Shown here piece by piece: positions 16,344-31,276 of a DNA stretch of 64,000 nucleotides. The notes under the pieces were generated by a model. It was not told the origin of the DNA, searched no databases, and saw only the letters and a program-made list of their open reading frames with translations. The stretch's first letter is position 1, and every line of letters begins with the position of its first letter. Origin of the DNA: Eledone cirrhosa (Eukaryota); contig OZ024743.1 in assembly GCA_964016885.1 (NCBI GenBank), positions 180,544,001-180,608,000 on the forward strand, read 5' to 3'. A program made the translations under genes and the position numbers.

Positions 16344-19300
16344 TTACAGTTTGTTCAAAAGAATGCTTTTGATGACAACATTCTTAGTCGACTGGGTGTC
16401 TTTCAGAAACACTCGAACATTTTCTTTTCGTTTTCCGCGGGTAAGGGCAACATAGAGTTGACCGTGTTGGAATACAGGTCGTTCCAGATAAACCAAGACG
16501 TTTTCCATAGTTTGTCCTTGTGCTTTATAAATAGTCATAGCGAAGCACGATTGAACTGGGAATTGGCTTCGCTGCAAAGGGATATCCTCATGTTCGGATA
16601 GATTAATTGTTATTCTAGGTATCATAACAATCTCATTTTTGAAAGCAGCACTGTTGAGTCTTGCTACTATGAGATTGTCGTGCAGTTCTTCCACGATCAT
16701 GCGCGTTCCATTACAACGCCTTGGAGGATTCAAGTTTCTCATTAGAATTATTGGTGATCCTTTTTTCAATTCCAGGTTATGTGGTGGCAGTCCTGATAAT
16801 TCAACCGAATCAAGGAATTCAGTCGGGAAATGAGTGGCATTGGCACCATCACTCACAGAATTATAGGATCGGTACTCTTTTATGGTTCCAGGGAAGCGTC
16901 TGATACAGGTGGAATTGATGCTTCTCATCATTTCATTGAGAGGTACTAAGATGCAATTGTTCGAAAACATTTCAGTTGGATTGTCGAATGAGGGGTAGAT
17001 GAAATCAATGCATTCTTCCATTGTTGTTGCTTGGAGAATCATTTCTTTTGGAAAAATAATTTCCGCATTTTCATTTTTTGGGATCTTATCTTCTCCAATA
17101 TCCAATAGGAACTCTGAATAGTCTCCTGCTCCCTCACACAATCGCATGTTTGTCTTCAAATGAAATTTTTTAAAGCTTCGCCATAAGCAGGATTTTTTAA
17201 TGCAGGCATTTTCCACATCTGCTTCATTTCCTCTTTTCACTACCGGAAGAAGCTGACGGAAATCTCCACAGCAAATTGTCAAAATTCCACCGAATGCCTC
17301 ATTGTTGTCGCATATGTCACGCAGAGTAGGTCAACGGCTTCGAAGCTTTCCCTCCGAATCATAGGACACTGGTCCCAAACAATCAGCCTTGTATGCTGGA
17401 ATAGGTTTGCCGTCTTTGAGTTTTTATCAATGTTGCACAGACCATTTTCTTTCACTGCTTTTGGTATTTTGAACCTAGAATGCGCCGTTCTTCCACCAGA
17501 CATCAGTGTTGCCGCAATGCCAGATGACGCAACAGCAATAGCCACATCGCCGTTTCCCCTAAATTTTGAAAGGATTAAGTTAAGCAAGAATGTCTTTCCT
17601 GTTCCACCTGGAGCGTCAATGAAAATCAATGCAGATGTGTTCCTCACTAAACTGTTACAAATGAAGTCGTACACATGTTTTTGGTCACTATTCAATAAAG
17701 GTTCCCTTTCTTCTACAAATTGTCGCTGTTCTTCTTTGTTGTATTGCAATTCATGCAATAACAATAAATTGCCAATATCCTGATTAGCGACAATATTATT
17801 TGGCATTGGCAAGTTAAAGTCACTAAGACTTTTGCCCAGGTTGTTAAGTTTGTCTTCAAAATACAGAAGACATTGATCATAATGTCTCTCGCTAATCAAA
17901 AGGCTAAAGTTTCTGGTAGCTCTTTTTTCTATCTGAAGGTAATCCTCAGACAGCGAATTCTTAAATCGAGCCCATAAAGCATTGGAATTGTCAATTTCCG
18001 TATTTGTGAGGAGCACGATGAATAGATCTCTCATGGCTTTGGGAAGCCTTGTTCGCTCAGCATCTTCCAGAGTCTGCTGCCAATGATCATCTGATTGAAG
18101 CAAACCTTTCTCTTTGCAAACGTCTTTGAATAATGGCAGGAGTTCTCCATCACACATTTTCAAAGAGTTGAAAGATACTGGTCCTTTGACGTGATGCAGA
18201 AGGAGTCTTAAATAATATAGGTCACCACTTCGTGGGGAAACAGTGTATACTCGTCCCAAAATGTTCGCCTCAAAAATTCCTGGATTCTGCTCAACTGTTT
18301 TCCCCATCTTCCTCCTTTCCCATCTCCTATTATTCCATGTGTAAAACTTTGGTACATCGGCATAATACAATGTTTTTGTAAACGGATCGCGAGTGCAAAG
18401 ATCCATGAACTCAGTCAGAGTTGTCTTAGCCATGTTATTGTTTACTTTAACAGCAGCATTGACCCGAAAGAAGATTTGATTTTTCTCAGGTAGATGAACT
18501 TGAAGGCGAACTACGGTCGGTTCCCTCTCATGAATTGGAAATCCAAGTACCGAGGCAACAGCTTCTGAAGGACCGATATATCTTCCTGTTAAATACTGTG
18601 TTATCTCATCTTCCCTGTTCACTCCAAACATTGCTTGATCACTGCCCTTCATGCTATATTTTATAACGTATTTGATCGATTTCACGGAAGAGCATATCTC
18701 TACATTTAGGTGGCAGTTGAACAGTTTTAATAGTTTCATATTGTAGGGAACCACCCATTCTGAAGTTATATTTTGGCTTTCCCTTCTTTCTTGGTGCCCT
18801 TCAAATCCTCCCATTTCAGGAGACCGTCTTCTGTACACAGGATAAGAGTCCCTCCACACAATGTATGTTCAACAAAAGGCTTAGAGTACCGCTTACTGCA
18901 TGTTCCATCTTTCCAACACGGTGAATTGTTAGAGCAATTCGGACCATGGATCATGTACTTCAACACCAATTTATGACCCTCTTGATCTTTGTTTGGATCT
19001 GGTATTTCGGCTTGAACGAATTTATCATATTCCTGTGGTCTGGGCTTGGTGGCTTCATTGAGCCATAACAAACAGTGCACATGAGGAAGACCTCGCTTTT
19101 GATATTCGACTGTCATCACGTAAGCAATGCAGTTGCCAAATAAGCCATCTACTCCAGTAAGAGGCTTTCTGAACAGTTTCCGTTTCAGGTCAAATACTCT
19201 GGCAATTAAATCTGGCCTGTCGTGTGGCTTCTGATTCAGGAAGAGATTTTTCCGGATTTCGGGCCAATTTGGATTGCATGTCATTGTGATGAACAACGAA

Positions 19301-21048
19301 GCATTGCCGTACTTCCGTATGTACATCATGGCATCCTGGCATCGCTCCATCATATATCTCGGTCCACCAACAAATGTAGAAGAGAGTATGATTCGTCTGC
19401 CGATGTTGCAAAAATCGTCATCATCATTCAATGCATCAGTAAGGCCCTTATATGTTGTAGATCGCAATGATGTTTGATTCATTTGGATGTATCTCAGCCT
19501 ATCTCCTTCAATCTTTGCAGCCATGTCAACCAAATATTGCTGAAATAAACGACCACCTCTGAGAAGTTGGTTGAATTCATTCTCATGGTTCATTATTCGA
19601 TAGGCATAGTAGCGCATCGGTGTCAATTTCTTGATGTTGCTCATTAACAGCTCATGATGCCATCCATCATCGCCAAAAGGAAAAAATAGAACATACTGCA
19701 AACTATCATAGGACAGATGGGACTCTGAGATTATTTTCAGTTGTCCGCCTTTTTCTTTCAACACGATGTGCCGTGCTTTTGATTGAAGTTCGGTGCTGTT
19801 TTGTATAATAACAGCAACTTCATTTGCAGTTTGTGCATTGAATCTTCTGTCATGTTCCATTGCTGGTCTCCTATCAGGATCAATAATAATCGAAGCTTCG
19901 GGAATATTTTTAATTTGTTCTTTTGCTAGTTGAAATGACGCAACATAAGGGTTATATTGTCTCAGTATAATTTCTAATAATTCAACTATGTCGCGCTGAA
20001 TGCCATCGTTATGGAGTATCCTGATCCTTAAATCAACACTATCCTGAGGATCCAAGAAGTAAATTTGAAGAAATTTGGGTTGTTCATTGGGATTAGGAGT
20101 TAAGGAACCGATGTAATGATGAATTTGACCATGAATAACAATAGAAGGATTCAATCCACTTCTTGAGGAACGAACTTCTTTGGCCCCAAAAGATGTAATT
20201 TGGAATAAGCAGTTGTATTGTCTGAGGTTCTTCCTGAACTCGTTTGCTCTAGGTTGATCTGTACTAAATAAATTTTGAAGTTCTTGGGGTAAAGGCTGCA
20301 GATTCCCTAGCCTGACTTTTCCATTCATACAGCAAAAGTTAGCAGTTTCACCATGAAAAAGCATTGCATGGCAACAGACACAGATCTTATTCATTTGTCC
20401 AACATCAGCAGAGAGGTCACGTCGTTGAACTGTCTTTGCTCTATCCTTCTGTTCCACCAGACGTGCAGCTTTCTGAGCATTCGATTCCTGATCTTTCTTT
20501 CTTTTGTTTCTTTCCCTCTGTTCCGCCAGACGTGCAGCTTTCTGAGCATCCGATTCCTGATCTCTCTTTCTTCTGTTTCTTTCCCTCTGTTCCGCCAGAC
20601 GTGCAGCTCTCCGAGCCTCCGATTCCTGATCTCTCCTGCTTCTGTCTCTTTCTCCCTGTTCTGCCAGACGTGCAGCTCTCCGAGCCTCCGATTCCTGATC
20701 TCTCCTGCTTCTGTCTCTTTCTCCCTGTTCTGCCAGACGTGCAGCTCTCCGAGCCTCCGATTCCTGATCTCTCCTGCTTCTGTCTCTTTCTCTCTGTTCC
20801 ACCAGACGTGCAGCTTTCCGAGCCTCCGATTCCTGATCTCTCCTGCTTCTGTCTCTTTCCCTCTGTTCCGCCAGACGTGCAGCTCTTGCTTTATCAGTCT
20901 CATCGATCCTTCTCTTCGCATGCCTGTCCTGGTCTTGTTGTTGGCATTGACCACTATCTTGCTCACTTTCTTCGGCTTTCCTTAGCCGTACTCTCTTCCC
21001 ATTATCTGTAGTCGAACCAGATGTTTTCTTTCTTCCTCGTTGAGGCAT
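16344..21048 (-). pseudogene. Helitron RepHel (HUH replication initiator plus Pif1-like SF1 helicase) with two frameshifts (about 18860 and 17300)
   Basis: Rep motifs LFITMTCNPNWPEI, EYQKRGLPHVH and KYVIKY. Helicase motifs APGGTGKT, SSGIAATL...GRTAHSRF, WDQCPM, GDFRQLLPV, FAMTIYKAQGQT and HGQLYVALTR. Confidence 0.95.
20447..20889 (-). repeat. 69-bp (23-aa) coding tandem repeat, about 7 copies, in the RepHel N-terminus
   Basis: CCAGACGTGCAGCT recurs every 69 bp from 20457 to 20871; unit RDQESEARRAARLAEQGERDRSR. Confidence 0.95.
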
Positions 21049-21799
21049 GATTTAAGAATAGAAAATCGTATTCACCTGACAAAAATTTCCTATTACCTCA
21101 AAAATTATTTTTCTTAAATTATCACTTTAAAATATTTTTAAATAATGAAAATATTGTCTGTTTAAAGAAAGCTAAATATAAATATTTACTCTACAAACGA
21201 TTCGTATTTTTCAAATCACATTCACTTATAAAATACTTTTTGATAATTTAAAAAAAAATTAGCGTATTCAGTTGTAAATAGTTTTAAAAACAATTAAAAT
21301 ATTATCTGTGCAAAGAAGGCTAAAATATAAACACTTACAGTGTGAACAACTTTTGGAATTCACATTCACTTAAAAATATTTCTAAATAATTAAAATATTT
21401 TGTTTAACAAAAGCAAAAATATTTACTGTAAAAGCAACTCGTATTTTTCAGTCATATTCACTGAACAGTTTTAATTTTAATAATTACAATATCGTCTGTT
21501 TAGTGAAAGCTGAAATATAGATACTTAAAAGTACAAAGAAGTTGTAATTTTGAAATCATATTCACTGAGAAATCACTGAAATTGGTGTATGTAATGATTA
21601 TGAAAAATATTTTTTGCATAATGAAAATATTTATTTAAGATTTACGCCAAAATTGTTTTATCCCCTTTGTATTCCAATTACGGAATATTTTCCCATTATG
21701 CACCGTTTTGGCTATTTACGAAGGTAGAGAAAGTGTGTGCAAGCAAACAAACAAACAATCAAGATTAGAGTTGGGTCACCGATATTTCAAAGTACCCGA

Positions 21800-22625
21800 G
21801 ATATATATATATTGCCTGTACAGATAATCAAAGTGTGTATACATATTTCGGGGACACCATATTATATATATATATACCTGGGTCCTGAAAAATGTATACA
21901 CCATTCTAATATATATATTGCCTGTACAGGTAATCAAAGTGTGTATACATTTTTCGGGGACACCATATATATATATATATATATACCTGGGTCCTGAAAA
22001 ATGTATACACCATTCTAATATATATATTGCCTGTACAGGTAATCAAATTGTGTATACATTTTTCGGGGACACCATATATATATATACATACCTGGGTCCT
22101 GAAAAATGTATACACCATTCTAATATATATATTGCCTGTACAGGTAATCAAAGTGTGTATACATTTTTCGGGGACACCATATATATATATATATATACCT
22201 GGGTCCTGAAAAATGTATACACCATTCTAATATATATATTGCCTGTACAGGTAATCAAAGTGTGTATACATTTTTCGGGAACACCATATATATATATATA
22301 TATATATACCTGGGTCCTGAAAAATGTATACACCATTCTAATATATATATATTGCCTGTACAGGTAATCAAAGTGTGTATACATTTTTCGGGGACACCAT
22401 ATATATATATATATATATATATACCTGGGTCCTGAAAAATGTATACACCATTCTAATATATATATTGCCTGTACAGGTTGTACAGAAAATCAAAGTGTGT
22501 ATACATTTTTTCGGGACACCATATATTTATATATATATACTGGGGTCCCTAAAAATGTATACACCATTCTAATATATATATTGCCTGTACAGGTAATCAA
22601 AGTGTGTATACATTTTTCGGGGACA

Positions 22626-22668
<43 letters not shown>

Positions 22669-23075
22669 GGGGTACCTAAAAATCTAAAAATGTATACACC
22701 ATTCTAATATATATATTGCCTGTACAGGTAATCAAAGTGTGTATACATTTTTTGGGGACACCATATATATATATATATACCGGGGTCCCTAAAAATGTAT
22801 ACACCATTCTAATATATATATTGCCTGTACAGGTAATCAAAGTGTGTATACATTTTTCGGGGACACCATATATATATATATACCGGGGTCCCTAAAAATG
22901 TATACACCATTCTAATATATATATTGCCTGTACAAGTAATCAAAGTGTGTATACTTTTTTCGGGGACACCATATATATATATATACCGGGGTCCCTAAAA
23001 ATGTATACACCATCCTAACAAATAATGCATGTATAGGCAATCAAAGTGGGTATACATTTTTGGGGGGACAACCTG
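21800..23075. repeat. ~105-135-bp minisatellite, about 11-12 copies, each a hairpin around a variable (TA)n
   Basis: Unit ATTGCCTGTACAGGTAATCAAAGTGTGTATACATTTTTCGGGGACACC(AT)nACCTGGGTCCTGAAAAATGTATACACCATTCT. Confidence 0.95.
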
Positions 23076-23774
23076 TATATACACAAATATGAACATATAT
23101 ATAGACAGAAAGTGTGTGCAAGCAAGCAAGCAAGCAAACATCGAGATCAGAGTTTTAGTAGTATATAGATAGATTAATCTTCAGAGTCTAGCTATTAACC
23201 AGTTAATTTTTTTGATTTTTCTAGTTAATTCTATTGACTAATTAATAGCTTATATTAATTTTTAAAACTATTCTGTCGAGAGCTTAATTCGTCTTGTGAT
23301 ATTTTGCAATTTTGCAATAACCACACATAATGAATTCATCCGCCAAAACTAGGGGTTCTCTCCCTTCTGACCCCGCACGTGGGTTCAGATAACGGTCAGT
23401 TCCTTAGCTTTGCATAGAACTAAATGCCTGTTGAAAAAAGTGACTTCCTTGTTCGATCAATCATACCAAAAGCTTAACATTATTTGTTTAAGCAGACAGT
23501 ACCTGATTTAAGAGTTGCATATTGGATTTTACCATCGTTTCCAGGGGACCGGGTATATTTTTCAATCATATTTTATTATCTGTTTGACCCGAATAGCTTG
23601 ATCGCTTCTATGGCTTTGCGATTGATGGTTTAACCATCGTCTCAGTGTGTTTGGCCTTTTAACGTATGTTTTTGCTCTAGTTCACTCGTTTCTATTGAGC
23701 GCTTGACACACATTTCGGAAGTTGTTTTTCGCTAATTTCCAGTAGCCGAAATGCGATTCTCGCTAATTTATATT

Positions 23775-23808
<34 letters not shown>

Positions 23809-23871
23809 CATATATGTATATGCATATGTATATGCATATGTATATGCATATATATACATATATATATATAC

Positions 23872-23904
<33 letters not shown>

Positions 23905-23947
23905 CATATATGTATATGTATATGTATATGTATATGCATATATATAC

Positions 23948-23978
<31 letters not shown>

Positions 23979-24011
23979 CATATATGTATATGCATATGTA
24001 TATGTATATGC

Positions 24012-24054
<43 letters not shown>

Positions 24055-24144
24055 TGCCCGACGGCAGACCTAAAGCCGTTTCGACGGCTATAGCTTGAGC
24101 TCTGCCGTCTGGGTCATATTTTTCCTATTTATATATATATATAT

Positions 24145-25893
24145 ATATATTTTATATTTTACTCTTAATAATTCGGCCGGAGAATTATATTCCCATTTGC
24201 CCTTTATAGCATAACTTTCTGCATTTACTGCGGTTATGTAAAGCGGTTCTTATTCGGGTACAACTTCTGATTTAGCCTAAGAATATATCTATATGCGTGT
24301 GTAATTTATACAAGCATATATTTATTTTTTTATTTTCAATTGAGTTCTTAAACACGTTGGATTGATAATGTTTTCAAAAAAACTAATTAACCCGCGTGTA
24401 TATTATTTTTTTTCCTCATTTCGTGGGTTGTCTCCCCTTCCCGCTTCGTGTCGCTATGATACTTCCTCAGTCAAAAACTGCTGGAATTTCAAATTTGGCG
24501 GTCATTCGAGGTGAGAGAGACCAGCTTTACGGACATGATTTTGACAGCGGTAAGAAATTGTTTTCTTATATCAATGTTTAATGGGCTTCCACTGATGATT
24601 TATAAGTGCCCACCTAAATATATTCTTACATGAATATATATTAGGCTTCTACATAAACTGGAAACATTCTCCCAAACTTGTAGAAAACTTATAATGAAAC
24701 AATTGTTTGGAAAGAGAGATATACTTTAACTTTAATTATATCTCATAAAATAATACAACTGGTTTTTCCAAATTATACATATTGTTAGCAACCCAAACAC
24801 TTAAATTGGGTCTATATTTTAATATAACCTAATGTTTGTTGAGTGAGATGGTTACCAGTCACAGTTGAGCTTTAAGCTATCTCTGTTATTGTATTAAATA
24901 TTTACTCTTGAATGACCAGAGGTGTTTATTTCCAGGTACCTTTGAATTTGACTTTCCGTATTTATTACTGTTGTGAAATATTGTGGCTTTTTTTGGTTGT
25001 AACTTCTCTGTTTTTTAGCCTAGGAAAATATATATGCCTACGTATATAATTACATGCATATATGTATTTATTTTCTGTTATTAATTGAGTTCTTTACACG
25101 AGGAATTAATATTGGTTTTGAAATAACTAATTAACCCGCGTGTGTTTTATATTTTACTCTTAATAATTCGGCCGGAGAATTATATTCCCATTTGCACTTT
25201 ATAGCATAACTTTCTGCATTTACTGCGGTTATGAGAAGCGGTTCTTATTCGGGTACAACTTCTGATTTAGCCTAAGAAAATATCTATATGCGTGTGTAAT
25301 TTATACAAGCATATATTTACTTTTTTATTTTCAATTGAGTTCTTAAACACGTTGGATTGATAATGTTTTCAAAAAAACTAATTAACCCGCGTGTTTATTA
25401 TTTTTTTTACTCATTTCGTGGATTGTCTCCCCTTCCCGCTTCGTGTCACTATGATACTTCCTCAGTCAAAAACTGCTGGAATTTCAAATTTGGCGGTCAT
25501 TCGAGGTGAGAGAGACCAGCTTTACGGACATGATTTTGACAGCGGTAAGAAATTGTTTTCTTATATCAATGTTTAATGGGCTTCCACTGATGATTTATAA
25601 GTGCCCACCTAAATATATTCTTACTTGAATATATATTAGGCTTCTACATAAACTGGAAACATTCTCCCAAACTTGTAGAAAACTTATAATGAAACAATTG
25701 TTTGGAAAGAGAGATATACTTCAACTTTAATTATATCTCATAAAATAATACAACTGGTTTTTCCAAATTATACATATTGTTAGCACCCCAAACACTTAAA
25801 TTGGGTCTATATTTTAATATAACCTAATGTTTGTTGAGTGAGATGGTTACCAGTCAGAGTTTAGCTTTAAACTATCTCTGTTATTGTATTAAT
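24145..25893. repeat. Partial tandem of a ~995-bp unit (about 1.8 copies) embedded in (TA)n
   Basis: The same landmarks recur 995 bp apart (for example the ORFs at 24396 and 25391). Same family as 37779-39107. Confidence 0.92.
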
Positions 25894-26084
25894 TATATAT
25901 ATATATATATATTTATATACATATATTTATATATATATGTATTTATATACATATATTTATATATATATATATCTATGTATTTATATTTATATATATATAT
26001 ATTCATACATATATATATATGTGTGTGTGTGTCTGTGTGTGTACATATATATATTTATATGTACAGATGTATGAAAGTATGTAC

Positions 26085-26183
<99 letters not shown>

Positions 26184-26224
26184 TAATAACAAAGAGCGCT
26201 TAGAACATAGGTGTATCTTTAATT

Positions 26225-26268
26225 GCTGACAATGTTTCGTCCACACTAAAAGTGGGACTCTTCAGAGC
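26225..26268 (-). ncRNA. Minimal type I hammerhead ribozyme, family C
   Basis: gcu CUGAAGA guccCACuuuuaGUGuggac GAAA c-auu-g UC^ agc: intact core, GC-rich stem II, GUC cleavage site, short stem I. Confidence 0.8.
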
Positions 26269-26540
26269 TTAAATAGTAGATACAGAGTATATAAGCATTA
26301 ACAAATCCAAAACAGAAGAATATAATGTGGGGATATCATAAGGTGGGAGGGAATTTAAAGTATTGTTCATATACAAGATAACGGATTAACGAATAATGGA
26401 TAAAAAATAAGAAATAAAAAATAAAAAATAAAAGATAAAAAATAAAATAAATTGTATTACGGCTCTGTCTTCAGACATTGAGCTAACTATATACTGCCTA
26501 TCTGATAAGTTGAGTGTTACACACTCTCAATTTTCTCCTT

Positions 26541-26574
<34 letters not shown>

Positions 26575-26585
26575 ATATATTATAT

Positions 26586-26630
<45 letters not shown>

Positions 26631-26851
26631 ATATTATATATATATATATTATATATATATATATATTATATATATATATAATTATATATATATATATTAC
26701 ATATATATATTAATATATATATATATATTATATATATATATATTATATATTATATATATATATATTATATATTATATATATATATATTATATATATATAT
26801 ATATCATATATTATATATATATATATTATATATATATTAGTATATATATAT

Positions 26852-26885
<34 letters not shown>

Positions 26886-27036
26886 ATATATTATATATTA
26901 TATATATATATATTATATATTATATATATATATTAATATATATATATATATATTATATATATATATATATATATTATATATTATATATATATATATATAT
27001 TATTATATATATATATATATATAGATATATATATAT

Positions 27037-27070
<34 letters not shown>

Positions 27071-27161
27071 ATATATATATTATATATTATATAATATATA
27101 TATATATATATTATATATATATATATATATTATATATATATATATAATATATATTATATAT

Positions 27162-27964
27162 AATTAAGTTAAAAATGTACATCCACATATGTATACTGAA
27201 ATACTAGTATGCATATGAATACACACACGTATACATATGTAGATGTACCGAGTTTTTCATTGGTCACTTTACTGTGAGTGTCCAGCTATTCTGTATGTAA
27301 ACACACAGACAAACCGGTTTTAGAGTCACACTGGTTTTTGAGGAAACAACCTTTCCTCTATTCTCCAGAAAGCCAGACAAGGAATATTGAACTAGTTTCG
27401 TTGTTGTTACAACTCATCAGCAATATTTACCTATCTTCCGGCCTTTCTAGAGAATCGTATAAGCACATATCGTTATATGCTTTTTCTATGAAAATTAGTA
27501 GTGGGCAGACCAATTTGCATAGAGCGTGAGTATGTACCGGTTCAACGGAGACGATAAAAACAAATAACGAAACGAAATTAAATTTCGTTTCGTTTGTAAC
27601 TCACTTTTGTATGACTGACGCTTAAACAATTAAGTTTAAAAATGTACATCCACATATGTATACTGAAATACTAGTATGCATATGAATACACACACGTATA
27701 CATATGTAGATGTACCGAGTTTTTCACTGGTCACTTTACTGTGAGTCTCCAGCTATTCTGTATGTAAACACACAGACAAACCGGTTTGGTGTTTCCTCAA
27801 AAACCAGATGTGACTCTAAAAACCGGTTTTGTCTGTGTGTGTTACATACAGAATAGCTGGACACTCACAGTAAAGTGACCAGTGAAAAACTCGGTACATC
27901 TACATATGTATACGTGATGTGTGTTATCAGTATACATATGTGGATGTACATTTTTAACTTAATT
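27162..27964 (-). mobile_element. Family B HHR element: ~465-bp unit plus partial tandem copy plus inverted segment
   Basis: AATTAAGTT(T)AAAAATGTACATCC at about 27162 and 27629. Reverse-complement copy at about 27790-27964. Flanked by TA on both sides; homologous to 61917-62910. Confidence 0.85.
27383..27427 (-). ncRNA. Minimal type I hammerhead ribozyme, family B
   Basis: aauauug CUGAUGA guugu-aaca-acaac GAAA c-ua-g UU^ caauauu: 7-bp stem I, 5-bp stem II. Confidence 0.88.
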
Positions 27965-30487
<2,523 letters not shown>

Positions 30488-30541
30488 ATAGAGAGAAAGA
30501 GAAAAGAAATTGAGAAGGCGTATGTCCTCATAGCGCCTCAT

Positions 30542-31276
30542 ATGGCGATGCTAAGCCGTGTCCTCAGGGAGGAGAAAACCGAAGGGAGGGATGAGGAGAA
30601 GGAGAGGGAAAAGGAAGAGGAAAAGGAAAGGGAAAAAGAAAAGGAGGAGAGCACAAGCACGGACCTGAAAGAAAATGATATACCCTCCGCTACAGGCAGG
30701 GAGGGCAGGCCGGGCAACCAACAAGCTAAGGGCAAAGGTGAAAAGCGAAATCACCTTCCGAAGGAGAACCAAGCGCAGAGGGACCAATGGACAACTGTTC
30801 AAAGAAAGAACAGAAAGCACCGAGACACTGGGAGCAAAAAACACCAAGTAATGTGCAAGTTTTTCAAGAACGGGACCTGCTGCCATGGAGAGACAGGGAT
30901 GGGATGCAGATTCGCCCACCCCAGGTCTCAAACGAACTATGCCCATCATACTCGCGCAACATGCCCCAGCCAAAGCCGAAATAAGCCGCTCCAGAAGTAT
31001 GCTGATGTCGCGCGTGCTGCACCAACAAGGAGAAGGCACGCACATGCCGACGAGATACAGATGGCAGCAGCAGATCAGAAAAATTTTTCAGTGATGGCAG
31101 AGAAGATTGTGGGACAGCTGACCTGGCTGCATCGTCTCCAGAGCCAGGGTCATCCACACCAGCACTCGAGACCACCGCAGTTAAGGGACCCAGAGTGGCC
31201 GCCGCTGACACCAGACCAGGTGTCATACCGACAGCCATTACTGGCACCCCAAAAGTCACACCAGTGCTGCTGCTGA
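30542..31276 (+). CDS. LINE ORF1 with a CCCH zinc finger, probably 5'-truncated
   Basis: CKFFKNGTCCHGETGMGCRFAH (C-x7-C-x8-C-x3-H) and a WTTVQRK motif. The frame stays open upstream to the TA junction. Confidence 0.75.
   Translation: MAMLSRVLREEKTEGRDEEKEREKEEEKEREKEKEESTSTDLKENDIPSATGREGRPGNQQAKGKGEKRNHLPKENQAQRDQWTTVQRKNRKHRDTGSKKHQVMCKFFKNGTCCHGETGMGCRFAHPRSQTNYAHHTRATCPSQSRNKPLQKYADVARAAPTRRRHAHADEIQMAAADQKNFSVMAEKIVGQLTWLHRLQSQGHPHQHSRPPQLRDPEWPPLTPDQVSYRQPLLAPQKSHQCCC

Larger units (their letters stand above)
15973..23169 (-). mobile_element. Composite Helitron: a RepHel-coding unit fused to an upstream non-autonomous minisatellite unit
   Basis: Minus-strand 5' TCTATATACTACTAAAACTC at 23169. 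3' hairpin GTGACCC-AAC-GGGTCAC (15984-16000) followed by CTAG at 15973-15976. A^T insertion site. Confidence 0.92.

Noticed and set aside
20353-21011. Plus-strand repetitive ORFs
   Set aside because: Antisense shadows of the RepHel 69-bp repeat.
21800-23075. CRISPR-like regular array
   Set aside because: The context is eukaryotic, the apparent spacers are just (TA)n, and there are no cas genes. It is a Helitron minisatellite.
24400-24690. Possible hammerheads in the 995-bp unit (plus CTGATGA at about 24592 ... GAAACA...TGTA; minus CTGAGGA at about 24470 ... GAAAT)
   Set aside because: Stem I does not pair next to the core and stem II is unconvincing, so I did not call them.
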